Assembly (NCBI GenBank): GCA_964628855.1
Contig: CAZVMV010000003.1
Coordinates: 9,665 to 73,664 of the forward strand
Direction of reading: 5' to 3'
DNA: 64,000 nt
Source of the DNA: an uncultured Gammaproteobacteria bacterium
GTDB taxonomy: Bacteria > Patescibacteriota > Patescibacteriia > UBA10025 > JAHIVO01
Shown one piece after another: positions 34,098 through 43,336 of this stretch (positions within the stretch are counted from its first letter, which is position 1; every line of letters starts with the position of its first letter). Made by a program: the position numbers and the translations under genes. Below the pieces are notes generated by a model. That model saw only the letters and a list, made by a program, of their open reading frames with translations, ran no database searches and was not told where the DNA came from.

Positions 34098-35477
34098 TTA
34101 TCCCGAAAATTTTCCGAGCATTAATAATTCGAAATGTTTGGCAATTTTTCTGGCTATGCGTCGGTCGAGATCAGGACCGGCCGGCAAGGGCTGGTGGAGA
34201 AGTTCTGACAGCTGGTTTTTGTCAATTTTATTTGTCAGTCGTTGGGCGATCGCTTTGTCCATAGCTTGGACCTGTTTCTGGTCATGCAGGTCTACATTGA
34301 ATGTTTCCAGCAGGTAACTGCGGGCCTCTGACGCCTGCTTGTCGACGCCGCGGATTTTTCCTTCCTTCTGCTCCTTTTCTTCTTTCTGCAGGACGCGGAT
34401 TTCTTCTAGTACGCGTTCGATTTTTTCGCCGAGCCGCAATGCTGTCCGCTTGTCCAGTTCAACGCCGCCCTCGCTTTCGGGCCGGTCGAGGAATGATATC
34501 AGTCTCTCCCGATCCTCCAGACTAGAAAGCATCATTTGCTGTACCTGTTTCTCAATTTTATTAAGTTCTTCGGCCGACATGCCTGTCATGACTTCCGCTA
34601 CAACTTGTTTGGCTTTAAAAGGTATGAGCAGGCCGCCCAGCTGGCCCGGGGCAATACCGGAATAGGTGCGGATAAGCAATTCCAGTTCTTTGGAAACGGT
34701 TGGCGCTTCCTTGAGCGACCAGCCGTCTATTACAGCTTCGTTGATGGCATTGTTCACTTTTACGTCAATCACTTTGCCGTCTTTCATGTAAAAAACTCGG
34801 TGGGCAAGATTCAAATGGGAGGGGTCGTGTGTCACCAGGATGATGGTTTTTTTCTGATCCGAATTCAGTTCGCCGATCAATTCCATCACGTCCCGAGATG
34901 ATTTGGAATCCAGGTTGCCGACCGGTTCGTCAGCTAAAACGATTTGCGGATCATTCATCAGGGCGCGGCAGATGGCGACGCGCTGTTGCTGTCCGCCTGA
35001 CAGCTCCGACGGCAGCTTGTCAGCCTGCGTGCTGACCCCGAAATGTTCCAGAAGTTTTTTCGCTTTGGTTAAACGCGATATTCGCTCGGCATTAATGGCG
35101 ATTTGCGGCAGGACGACATTTTTCACGATGGACAGAGAATTGATCAGGTAAAAAGCCTGGAAGATCATACCGATTTTTTTCTGGCGAAACTCCGCGATTT
35201 CATTTTTTTTCATTTTCGCCACATTCTTTCCGTCCACCAAAATGTCGCCGTGAGTATGGGTTTCCAGCCCGGCGATCGAGTAAAGCAGCGTGGATTTCCC
35301 GCAGCCAGACGGCCCGAAGAAAATGATAAATTCGCCAGGATAAATTTTCAGGCTTACATCCTGTAGCGCCTTAACCTCGTTTGAACGGCCCATAAAATAG
35401 GTGACACTCAGGTTGTTCACCTCTATTATTGGCCTTGCTTCTTCTGGGTTTGGTGTTGTTTTTTCTGTTTCTGGCAT
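34098..35477 (-). CDS. ABC transporter ATP-binding protein (MacB/LolD-like) with ~215-aa C-terminal helical extension
   Basis: Walker [10 protein letters not shown], signature [14 protein letters not shown], Walker B IVLADEP. ATG at 35477 (MPETEK). An uncharacterised charged tail follows about residue 245. Confidence 0.85.
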   Translation of the reverse strand: MPETEKTTPNPEEARPIIEVNNLSVTYFMGRSNEVKALQDVSLKIYPGEFIIFFGPSGCGKSTLLYSIAGLETHTHGDILVDGKNVAKMKKNEIAEFRQKKIGMIFQAFYLINSLSIVKNVVLPQIAINAERISRLTKAKKLLEHFGVSTQADKLPSELSGGQQQRVAICRALMNDPQIVLADEPVGNLDSKSSRDVMELIGELNSDQKKTIILVTHDPSHLNLAHRVFYMKDGKVIDVKVNNAINEAVIDGWSLKEAPTVSKELELLIRTYSGIAPGQLGGLLIPFKAKQVVAEVMTGMSAEELNKIEKQVQQMMLSSLEDRERLISFLDRPESEGGVELDKRTALRLGEKIERVLEEIRVLQKEEKEQKEGKIRGVDKQASEARSYLLETFNVDLHDQKQVQAMDKAIAQRLTNKIDKNQLSELLHQPLPAGPDLDRRIARKIAKHFELLMLGKFSG

Positions 35478-35541
35478 GACGCTATTATAATGAAATTCAC
35501 CATTTTTTTCAACTACTTGAAAAAAATAAAAAAGAGCGTGC

Positions 35542-35973
35542 TCATGCACGCTCCAATACTGGTTCTGGGTTAGCCCACACTTGAAGCAGATGTTGATACG
35601 CTTCAATGCCCGTCGGGCAATGACGGTATTCTTCGCCGGCGAACCAGCGATTTTCAGGGGACTGGGCTTTTCCCCACGCAAAGCGGAACTTTTCACCCAT
35701 GGTAGAGTCGAAGAATTCATATGCTTCGCGGTATGTCGGATTGTGCCCGAGTTCAGTACCAGCCAAAAGTCGTATTAGTGGGCTTTGGGCTGATATCCAT
35801 TCTGCCCGGAACCGTTCGGCATACACTTCAGTGTAATATATGAAAACTTCTTGCGGGGTCGGATCATGTCCGAGCACCGCGCCAGCCATGAGGCAGTAGT
35901 GTTGGCGTTTAGCCAACTCCCATTGTATCAACAGCTTTGCGGCAATTTCTACACTGCTTGAAGCTCCGTCCAT
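35542..35973 (-). CDS. hypothetical protein with three ~37-aa internal repeats
   Basis: AAAGGAGGTG SD. Repeat pattern AG..LGH.PT..E......(E/G)(R/K)FR..W..AQSP occurs three times. Confidence 0.55.
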   Translation of the reverse strand: MDGASSSVEIAAKLLIQWELAKRQHYCLMAGAVLGHDPTPQEVFIYYTEVYAERFRAEWISAQSPLIRLLAGTELGHNPTYREAYEFFDSTMGEKFRFAWGKAQSPENRWFAGEEYRHCPTGIEAYQHLLQVWANPEPVLERA

Positions 35974-36013
35974 TGTCCACCTCCTTTGATGTCGTGAAAA
36001 TGAACTTTGAGAC

Positions 36014-36042
36014 AGTGTATACCATGCTTGTTAGTTTGGCAA
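36014..36042 (-). promoter_or_regulatory. promoter TTGCCA-17-TACACT for the repeat-protein gene
   Basis: -35 at 36042-37 and -10 at 36019-14. Confidence 0.45.
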
Positions 36043-36059
36043 GATGGCCGAAATTCAGA

Positions 36060-36088
36060 TTGACAAGTATGAGTAGGTCTGGCAAGAT
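36060..36088 (+). promoter_or_regulatory. promoter TTGACA-17-CAAGAT for purD
   Basis: -35 at 36060-65 and -10 at 36083-88. The -10 is weaker than at other loci. Confidence 0.4.
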
Positions 36089-36144
36089 TGCTTAATTGAA
36101 CATTGATTTATTAATTACAAGACATACTGATAAAGGAGTATCTC

Positions 36145-37437
36145 ATGAAAAAAATGAAAGTATTGGTGATCGGTAGTGGTGGTCGGGAGCATGCCCTAGT
36201 CCAGAGCATCAGCGAGTCCAGGCTGGTGGGCGAGATTTTTTGCGCCCCTGGTAATGCCGGTACGCTTGAGCGGGCTACTAATATACCCATCAAGGCGGAT
36301 GATATCCCGGCTCTACTAGAATTTGCGCTCAGCAACGAAATCGACCTGACCGTCGTGGGTCCGGAAAAACCCCTGATGGATGGCATCGTTGACAGGTTCC
36401 GCGAGGCCGGCCTAAGGATATTCGGCCCCACTCAGGCTGCGGCCGCTCTCGAAGGATCGAAAGATTTTGCCAAGCGGATGATGGTGGCCACCGGCGTCCC
36501 GACCGCAAGATACCAGTCGTTCACCGAATACGATCCGGCCTGGTTGTACGCGCAACAGATCGGCGCTCCGCTGGTAATCAAAGCTGACGGATTAGCGGCA
36601 GGAAAAGGCGCGGTCGTGTGCCACTGCTTAGCAGATGCCAGTGAGACGCTGACTCAGATGTTGGTGGATCACGCTTTTGGTGCGGCAGGCGATACGGTGA
36701 TCATTGAAGAGTTCCTGACCGGACAGGAAATTTCCGTCCTGGCCATCTGTGACGGGGAGTCGCATTGCCTGTTACTGCCGTCCCAGGACCACAAGACTCT
36801 TGAGGATGGCGATGCCGGTCCGAACACTGGAGGCATGGGAGCCATTGCACCGGTACCCTGGGTCGACAGTGAGATGTTGCAGACCATTGACCGCACTATC
36901 ATCACGCCGATACTTAATGGTATGGTCACAGAAGGCAATCCGTTTACCGGATGTCTTTATGCCGGCCTGATGATTACGGACAACGGTCCGTTTGTCCTCG
37001 AGTTTAATGTCCGGTTCGGTGATCCGGAAACTCAGGCTATCCTGCCTCTCTTGGCTTCCGATTTTCTGGAACTGCTTATTGCCAGTGCCGACGGCACGCT
37101 AGAGGCCTACGAGATCAGCTGGTTTGAGGAGTATGCAGCCTGCGTGGTCATGGTGTCGGGCGGGTACCCCGGCAAATACAGAACCAATTATGCGATAACT
37201 GGTCTGGACAAGGCAGCTAGGCATCGGCACGTCACCGTCAATCATGCCGGAACGGCGAGGGGGTCAGAGAGCGGCCAGGTTTTGACCAACGGCGGCCGGG
37301 TAGTGAATGTAGTCGGAGTCAGCCTGACTCTGGCTGAGTCGATCAAAATCGCATACGGTGCAGTATCAGACATCAAGTTCACCGGTGAATACCACCGGCA
37401 TGACATCGGTGCCAAAGCGCTGACAAAGATCAGTTAG
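36145..37437 (+). CDS. purD: phosphoribosylamine--glycine ligase
   Basis: MKVLVIGSGGREHAL, FCAPGNAGT, VIKADGLAAGKGV and GDPETQ. Confidence 0.95.
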   Translation: MKKMKVLVIGSGGREHALVQSISESRLVGEIFCAPGNAGTLERATNIPIKADDIPALLEFALSNEIDLTVVGPEKPLMDGIVDRFREAGLRIFGPTQAAAALEGSKDFAKRMMVATGVPTARYQSFTEYDPAWLYAQQIGAPLVIKADGLAAGKGAVVCHCLADASETLTQMLVDHAFGAAGDTVIIEEFLTGQEISVLAICDGESHCLLLPSQDHKTLEDGDAGPNTGGMGAIAPVPWVDSEMLQTIDRTIITPILNGMVTEGNPFTGCLYAGLMITDNGPFVLEFNVRFGDPETQAILPLLASDFLELLIASADGTLEAYEISWFEEYAACVVMVSGGYPGKYRTNYAITGLDKAARHRHVTVNHAGTARGSESGQVLTNGGRVVNVVGVSLTLAESIKIAYGAVSDIKFTGEYHRHDIGAKALTKIS

Positions 37438-37462
37438 GAGGAATCTGAATTTTATAAAAACA

Positions 37463-37489
37463 AACGGTTGCCCCATGGCGGCCGTTTTT
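37463..37489 (+). terminator. intrinsic terminator after purD
   Basis: ACGGTTGCC / GGCGGCCGT stem followed by a T-run. Confidence 0.7.
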
Positions 37490-37636
37490 TAATATATGAT
37501 AGGATTGTTGTTTGGGGAATCCCTCGGCTTCGTTTTTGCTCAGCCTCGGGATTGTTACCTCTACAGAAATTTTCCTCACCTCTTTTTTCATACAGAGAAA
37601 TTTTATCGGCTCGAAAATTTCGAGAGGTAACAAAAT

Positions 37637-37669
37637 AAAAACCGCCTGAGAGTGTTACCACTCAGGCGG
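37637..37669 (-). terminator. intrinsic terminator after the 402-aa gene
   Basis: CCGCCTGAG / CTCAGGCGG 9-bp stem followed by U5 on the minus strand. Confidence 0.7.
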
Positions 37670-37723
37670 CGCGGTCATTTGTATACCACTTCCACTACGG
37701 ATTATGTAGCGGCGATAAGGTGC

Positions 37724-38932
37724 TTATTTGGCAGGACTATCGTCTGCCGGGGAAGCCGACTCCTTCTTCTTGAGCTCATCCGGGTGCCGGCCAGTTACCT
37801 GGTACAGCAGGTTGTAGACCTCATCGATTGTGACTTCGCAGTCGCCTTCGAGGGTGAGGCCCTTGTCCTGTGAGGCCATCAGTTTAGTGACCCGAAGCTT
37901 CTTAGGCTGAGTCGGATCACTGGTAGCCGAAGGTTCAGCCTGCTTGGGAGATTCCGGAAGTGCATCCGCAGTGAGATCGTTCTCGCCGCCGGCGATGCTT
38001 TCGGTGACTGCAACCATCCCATCTTGCGAGATGGTCGGGATTGTCTCCGCCACGTCGCTGTTCATGACACGGAAAGTGCCACGAAACACTGCGCTGGCAC
38101 TGCTCCAACAAGGGTTGAAGCACGCCCAGCGGCAGACGACCAGGCGTTCCTGACCGTCCGGGAACTTGATCCGTGCCCGGAAACCAGGCTCGTTGTCAAA
38201 ATGTTCGGTTTTGCATTCACCATCAATGTAGAAGATGTCCTGCTCCCCGGTAATGAATCCGCGTTCGGGGGTGCCGATGACGGTGATGCCGCGGCCAAGT
38301 GCCCGCTGGAGCGAGGACTGGGCAAGTGACGTGACTCCTGGATCACTTGTCTGGTAGAAGTCGGGCGGGTCATCGACGAAGTTGGTGCTCGGCACCTCTT
38401 CCGGAGGCTTTGCCTGCTTCTTCCGGTTAGCCAGCCAGACTATACTGGCGACCAACAGCATGATGAGCAGGAGCAGCCAGTTCCGCTCCCACCAGTTCAT
38501 GTAGGTGGGGACGATGACGGGGACTTCTACCTTCACCGAATCCGGTTTCTGTGGCGACTCAGCCATATTGGCCGGTACAGTGCCGTTCAGATACGGTTCG
38601 ACATACGTGGCAACGTAGTATTCCGCTGCGCGCCACATATGATCCTTGCCGCCGGCCTTGGCCATGTATGGTCCAAAACCAATCGGCAGGAGGATCTCGT
38701 CGCCAGGCATGACCACATCAGGGTTGGGGTGCAGGTAGCTGTTCCTTCCCTTGATGTCCAGCCACGCTTTGGAGATCCTTTCCGTCCCGGACATGGAGCG
38801 ATACTGCTCCAGATACGATACGTCCGAAGTGGACAGTGTCGGCCGGTCCCACGGCGGTTGAGCGAACAGGACTGTACCAACGACGAGGGTCGCCAGTACG
38901 ATGATGGTGATGAGAGCGGATTTGCTTTTCAA
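37724..38932 (-). CDS. hypothetical membrane protein (N-terminal signal/anchor plus central TM)
   Basis: 402 aa with a TTG start and AAAGGAGG 6 nt upstream. GC-rich; no motif recognised. Confidence 0.6.
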   Translation of the reverse strand: MKSKSALITIIVLATLVVGTVLFAQPPWDRPTLSTSDVSYLEQYRSMSGTERISKAWLDIKGRNSYLHPNPDVVMPGDEILLPIGFGPYMAKAGGKDHMWRAAEYYVATYVEPYLNGTVPANMAESPQKPDSVKVEVPVIVPTYMNWWERNWLLLLIMLLVASIVWLANRKKQAKPPEEVPSTNFVDDPPDFYQTSDPGVTSLAQSSLQRALGRGITVIGTPERGFITGEQDIFYIDGECKTEHFDNEPGFRARIKFPDGQERLVVCRWACFNPCWSSASAVFRGTFRVMNSDVAETIPTISQDGMVAVTESIAGGENDLTADALPESPKQAEPSATSDPTQPKKLRVTKLMASQDKGLTLEGDCEVTIDEVYNLLYQVTGRHPDELKKKESASPADDSPAK

Positions 38933-39104
38933 GGCAAACCTCCTTTAAAAAAATTGTTTTACTGTTGCTGTTGTAGACTGCCAGATCGGCTGTTTCAGTC
39001 CCAGCATACAGTTTTTTCAATGTGTTTTTGTGCCAATCTGGCCGCTACATACATATAGGAATATTTGCAGTGGCCAGCCAGACACTATGCGCACAGAACT
39101 AGAC

Positions 39105-39133
39105 AGTCTACGCTATTTTTAGCTTTTTGTCAA
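39105..39133 (-). promoter_or_regulatory. promoter TTGACA-17-TAGACT
   Basis: Gives the 402-aa gene a 5' UTR of about 175 nt. Confidence 0.45.
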
Positions 39134-39187
39134 GAGTTGATGTGCACATCCTGTGGGATAAGTACTAGGATAGTGCAGGAACTAACC

Positions 39188-39215
39188 TTGACATTTGTAC
39201 CATTTCCTATATAAT
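39188..39215 (+). promoter_or_regulatory. promoter TTGACA-16-TATAAT
   Basis: Upstream of the gene at 39300. Confidence 0.5.
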
Positions 39216-39299
39216 GCTAGGTTACTATTTGCGCTCTTTGATAGCATCGTAAATTATTACTGGTAAGATAAATAAACACATTTTCAGGAGGTTTGTAAG

Positions 39300-39752
39300 A
39301 TGTTGAACAAATTGATGTGGATCGGGATTGTTATCGGAGGACTGCTTGTACTCGCATTTTTCTTCGTGTACCTTCCCTTCATGAACCACACAAGCGTCAA
39401 CCAGATCGGTGTCTGCTACGATTCCGGCACCGGGAAAATCTGGAATCAGGATGTACCAGGGTGGTACTGGACGAATCCACTGGTGAGGGTGGCGTATATC
39501 CCTACCTTACCGCTACGGGTTACTGTCACTTCCGAGGCTCGAGTCATTGTGTCCAAGATGGTGCGGTTTAAGCCCGCGGGTTTGGATGAGTTCATCCGTC
39601 TCCAGGGATTCTCGTATTACACCAATATTGAGAATATTTTTCTGGGGTATGCCTATTCCGGCAAGGAGTATTCTTTCTTGGAGGTAATCCAGGAGCCGAA
39701 CGCTGAGAATACCGAAGGCTTGCTACCGGTCAACCGTGACGAGAAAAAGTGA
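39300..39752 (+). CDS. hypothetical membrane-anchored protein
   Basis: 150 aa. AGGAGG SD and an N-terminal TM segment. Confidence 0.55.
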   Translation: MLNKLMWIGIVIGGLLVLAFFFVYLPFMNHTSVNQIGVCYDSGTGKIWNQDVPGWYWTNPLVRVAYIPTLPLRVTVTSEARVIVSKMVRFKPAGLDEFIRLQGFSYYTNIENIFLGYAYSGKEYSFLEVIQEPNAENTEGLLPVNRDEKK

Positions 39753-39759
39753 GGTTTCG

Positions 39760-40017
39760 ATGAAAAGATCGTGGCGAATGAAAGCCGTGGTCTGTCTACT
39801 CATCGCTTCCGTGTTCTGCATTGTCCTATTGAGTTTCAGCAGTGTCAGGAACATTTTCTGGCTGATGACTGCGGCCATCAATACGGCGAGGCATTGGACC
39901 AGCCTGTTTGCGTACCGTGCTGTCTTCAGCCTGCAGATCCTACTTATCTTCGTATCGGTATTTAGCATCTGCTGGAATCTCTGTTCCTTGCCTTGGCACA
40001 ATTCCAAAGACGGGTGA
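39760..40017 (+). CDS. hypothetical membrane protein (85 aa)
   Basis: ATG lies 8 nt after the preceding stop codon. Hydrophobic. Confidence 0.4.
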   Translation: MKRSWRMKAVVCLLIASVFCIVLLSFSSVRNIFWLMTAAINTARHWTSLFAYRAVFSLQILLIFVSVFSICWNLCSLPWHNSKDG

Positions 40018-40078
40018 GTACACACCAGACTAACTTGAATAAAGCGCACGCTCCATTTCGGTGGAAAACGGCGCTTTT

Positions 40079-40468
40079 TTATTTATGTAATTTTCTTTTA
40101 TTTTCCCACGCCCTTACCGTCCGCTCATCCATACCTAGATAGTGTGCGATTTCGTGGAAAACTACTTCGTGTGTTTTTGACCTAATTGCTTCCGGATTTG
40201 GCCCGGCTACCTGTTCGATGGCATTTTTAAAAATTGTAATTTTATCAGGCAGGACTCCGGAATAGTATCCGCTGCGCTTCGGTAAAGGCACTCCTTCATA
40301 CAGTCCGAGCAGGAGTCCTCTAGATTGGGATTGACGTTTTTTTGCAGTATGAGCCGATGGTACATCTTCCGCGACAAAAGCCACGTTTTCTATTCGTTCG
40401 CGTACAGCCTGCGGTACCATGGATACAGCTTCATTGATGTATTCTTCGAATTGTTCGTGGGTCACCAT
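40079..40468 (-). CDS. zinc metallopeptidase-like protein (DUF1025-type)
   Basis: HEVVFHEIAHYLGMDE (HExxH). The start at M16 (MVTHEQFEEY) fits the usual family length; 40513 is an alternative start. Confidence 0.6.
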   Translation of the reverse strand: MVTHEQFEEYINEAVSMVPQAVRERIENVAFVAEDVPSAHTAKKRQSQSRGLLLGLYEGVPLPKRSGYYSGVLPDKITIFKNAIEQVAGPNPEAIRSKTHEVVFHEIAHYLGMDERTVRAWENKRKLHK

Positions 40469-40524
40469 ATACAGTAGTATATCAGCAAAACGGTTTTTAC
40501 GGTTGGCACGCATGGACCAGACGC

Positions 40525-40553
40525 TTGACAGAATCGTTTTTATACGCTATTTT
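40525..40553 (+). promoter_or_regulatory. promoter TTGACA-17-TATTTT
   Basis: Upstream of the Arg-rich protein gene. Confidence 0.45.
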
Positions 40554-40596
40554 AATCCATTAAAACATGGCACATTTTCCAACAGAGGGAGATTGA

Positions 40597-40971
40597 TTGG
40601 GAACACAAGCGATATTTTTCGAGACGGTTCAGCGACCGCAAGTATCCAGACGCGAACGCGACCAGGAGAGGCAACGCAAGTGGCGTAGGGATAATTGGTG
40701 CCGATACCGGGCCACCACCAAAGTCTGGCGCGCCAGGAATAAAGAGAGGCGCCGTATCCAGCGACTGGAGTACCACCGGCGCAATCGTTCGGAATTGCAC
40801 AACGTCCGAAATTGCCGAAAGCCATGGACTCCGGCAAATGTCAGGTCCATCTTGGCTGAAGGACGCCCGAACGATCGTGCTTTGAGCCGCATCCTCGGCC
40901 GGAGCATGAAGGCAATCCAAATGAAGCGGCGCAAGGCCCGCAAGTGTACGTGCCGCAAGGCAACAAAATGA
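40597..40971 (+). CDS. highly basic Arg-rich protein with possible Myb/SANT-like C-terminal helix-turn-helix
   Basis: TTG start 5 nt after AGGGAG. It has its own promoter and terminator. WTPANVRSILAEGRPNDRALSRILGRSMKAIQ. Confidence 0.5.
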   Translation: MGTQAIFFETVQRPQVSRRERDQERQRKWRRDNWCRYRATTKVWRARNKERRRIQRLEYHRRNRSELHNVRNCRKPWTPANVRSILAEGRPNDRALSRILGRSMKAIQMKRRKARKCTCRKATK

Positions 40972-40997
40972 ACTTAAAATTTTATGAAAGGAATCAG

Positions 40998-41027
40998 GAA
41001 CCTGACTTGGTCGGGTTCTTTTTTTGT
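40998..41027 (+). terminator. intrinsic terminator
   Basis: GAACC / GGTTC stem followed by T8. Confidence 0.55.
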
Positions 41028-41138
41028 ATTGATATAATGGCAGTTGACCCTATTAAAGTTGTGTGATAAGGTGTTGTGAATGCTGTTTGACAATTAAATA
41101 TTAGAAATAAACCCACACCCTTTACATGGAGGTATATC

Positions 41139-43193
41139 ATGTATTCCCGTTTTTCCAACCATTGGCTAACGGCGCTGCTGATGGTAGCGCTGTTTTTTGT
41201 CGGCTGCAGTAAGGACAAAAATCCGACTGGTCCGACAGTCACCACTGGCACTCTCATCATTGAATCGTATCCGACAGGTGCGCGGTACACAATCCCGTCG
41301 CTTGATACGGCCGGAATCACTCCCGACACGCTCAAGAATGTCGAAGCCGGCCGGTATGGCATCACCCTCGAGTTGGATGGTTACCATACCATTTCTGATA
41401 CGGCAGTCGTCAAAGCCGGCGAACCAGTGACCTTCTATAGGTATCTGTCACGCGGATATGGAGCGGTAAATTTCGAATCCGTTCCATCCGGCGCGACCGT
41501 GTATTTCAATCAGTCTCTTCAGTCTGGTACGACGCCATTACTTAAGACCGACCTGCCAGCTGGCCGCTATCCGGTAACGTTCAAGAAAGCCGGCTACGCG
41601 GACAAGAGCGACAGCGTAACGGTACTGATGGATGATACGGTTACCGTAGCTCTGAAACTCGACTCTCTGCTCGGCTGGGTTCATGCGACATCAGTACCGG
41701 CCGGCGCAGACATCTATTTCGGCAACCACCCGGTTCCGAAAAAAGCGCCCGCAATCGATTCGCTGCCGCCGGGCAACCACCCTGTTCGCGCGGAACTGGC
41801 CGGCTACCGTTCGGCCACCCAGACTGTGGCCGTGACCGCTTTCCAGACCACGGAAGTTAATTTCAACCTGATTCTGATCACCGGGACGGTCAACGTTACC
41901 AGCACGCCAGTTGGTGCGCAGGTTTATGTGAATGGATTGTCATCCGGATCTGTGACGCCGGCCAAGCTGTCTTTGGTGCCCGGCACTTACGCACTTAGTG
42001 TGCGAAAAGCCGGTTACTACGACTGGGATTCGACCATAACGGTTGTGGCTGACCAGGCTAGCAATATTGCCATTACGTTTGAAGCGAAGCCGACAGCCAT
42101 CACTGTAACCAGCTCGCCATCCAACGTGTCCATCTGGATGAACGGCGCTGAGACGGGGTTCCGGACGCCATACACTTTTGCGGACATCGCGCCGGGGCAG
42201 TATGTGATACGTCTCACTTTGCCGGGACATTTTCCGGCGGATACGACCTTCACGACCACGCTCGGCGAGGACAATCTGCTGCATTTCACACTGGCGACAT
42301 GCCCCGACATCCCGTTTGCCTACACTCAGGGCACCAACATTTATCTGGCAAATATGGACGGAATAATTGTCGATACCTTAGCTACCGATTACCTCAATTA
42401 CATCGACAGCTATATCGACTATTACGGTGAGATGCACTGGTCTCCGGATGGCACCAAGCTCGCTTACACAGGCCTTGCCAAGCAGGTGAGTATCATCAGC
42501 GAGGACGGCACGTGGATCAACGGGTTTGGCGGAAACCGTTCGATGGATTTCTGCTGGTCACCGAACAGCGACGAACTGGTCTGGGGTGTGTACTGTGGCG
42601 GGATGTACAAAAATATCCTGTCCACCAATTGGTACGGCCAGATCACCGGAGGCTGTTATGACAATTCGCCGGCATTTTCCCCGGACGGTACACGGATCAT
42701 GTTCATGTACCACAATTGGGGAACAAAGTGCCGCATTGACTTGGCGAATACTAACGGGAGCGGCCGGGGAAATATCTACGGCTGGTTCGGTGCGGGTTTC
42801 GACGAGTTCAATCAGGTAGCCTGGACTACCGACAGTACAGCGATTTTCAAAATCGGCGGCGCCGGAATTTATGAGGTAGCCATTCCCGATTCTGGCAGTA
42901 TCGTACTGACGAAGGTGATAACAGATGGCGTGACACAGGTTCGGATCTCGCCAGACCGGAAATGGTGCGGTTACAACACTTCTTCCGGTTTTTACCTCAT
43001 GGAGGTGGGGGTCTGGGCATCGCGCCGCATCACCAGTCTGGGATCGTACAATTTTTCGATCATGGCCGGTGGGGAGTATATTGCCCTACGGACTTCGGAT
43101 GGAGTATATGTCGTGACTCCTGACGGAAAGAGCTATCATGTCATTGTGGACCCCAGTGCCGGGTTGGGAGCTATCGACATCAAGCCCAACTGA
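41139..43193 (+). CDS. lipoprotein with tandem PEGA domains and a C-terminal TolB-like beta-propeller
   Basis: 684 aa. Lipobox LFFVGC, about six PEGA-like units (for example GATVYFNQ...PAGRYPVTFKKAGY), then WSPDG and FSPDG repeats. Confidence 0.75.
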   Translation: MYSRFSNHWLTALLMVALFFVGCSKDKNPTGPTVTTGTLIIESYPTGARYTIPSLDTAGITPDTLKNVEAGRYGITLELDGYHTISDTAVVKAGEPVTFYRYLSRGYGAVNFESVPSGATVYFNQSLQSGTTPLLKTDLPAGRYPVTFKKAGYADKSDSVTVLMDDTVTVALKLDSLLGWVHATSVPAGADIYFGNHPVPKKAPAIDSLPPGNHPVRAELAGYRSATQTVAVTAFQTTEVNFNLILITGTVNVTSTPVGAQVYVNGLSSGSVTPAKLSLVPGTYALSVRKAGYYDWDSTITVVADQASNIAITFEAKPTAITVTSSPSNVSIWMNGAETGFRTPYTFADIAPGQYVIRLTLPGHFPADTTFTTTLGEDNLLHFTLATCPDIPFAYTQGTNIYLANMDGIIVDTLATDYLNYIDSYIDYYGEMHWSPDGTKLAYTGLAKQVSIISEDGTWINGFGGNRSMDFCWSPNSDELVWGVYCGGMYKNILSTNWYGQITGGCYDNSPAFSPDGTRIMFMYHNWGTKCRIDLANTNGSGRGNIYGWFGAGFDEFNQVAWTTDSTAIFKIGGAGIYEVAIPDSGSIVLTKVITDGVTQVRISPDRKWCGYNTSSGFYLMEVGVWASRRITSLGSYNFSIMAGGEYIALRTSDGVYVVTPDGKSYHVIVDPSAGLGAIDIKPN

Positions 43194-43220
43194 TCGGTTA
43201 TTCACGAACACTCTCTGCTT

Positions 43221-43250
43221 GTCCCGACTCATCTGAGTCGGGACTTTTTA
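43221..43250 (+). terminator. intrinsic terminator (GTCCCGACTC family)
   Basis: 10-bp stem GTCCCGACTC / GAGTCGGGAC with loop ATCT, followed by a T-run. Confidence 0.8.
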
Positions 43251-43251
43251 T

Positions 43252-43280
43252 TTGACATCGGGGTGCAATTACGGTAAGTT
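43252..43280 (+). promoter_or_regulatory. promoter TTGACA-17-TAAGTT
   Basis: Immediately follows the preceding terminator. Confidence 0.5.
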
Positions 43281-43336
43281 ATGGTGAAATCACGATAAAA
43301 ATAATAAAGGACATTTCCAATCATAAGGAGGTTTTT

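Noticed and set aside
37490-37640. Inverted repeats between the two convergent terminators (TTGTTACCTC 37551-60 with GAGGTAACAA 37624-33; CTCGAAAATTTCGAG palindrome; repeated ACAGA(G)AAATTTT).
   Set aside because: I could find no promoter on either strand. The 67-69-aa ORFs there cross terminators. The region may be a structured spacer, but the evidence is too thin for a call.
40547-40958. Three long minus-strand ORFs (96-122 aa) overlapping the Arg-rich gene.
   Set aside because: The promoter, SD-like site and terminator all support the plus-strand frame. The minus-strand ORFs exist only because the region is stop-poor.
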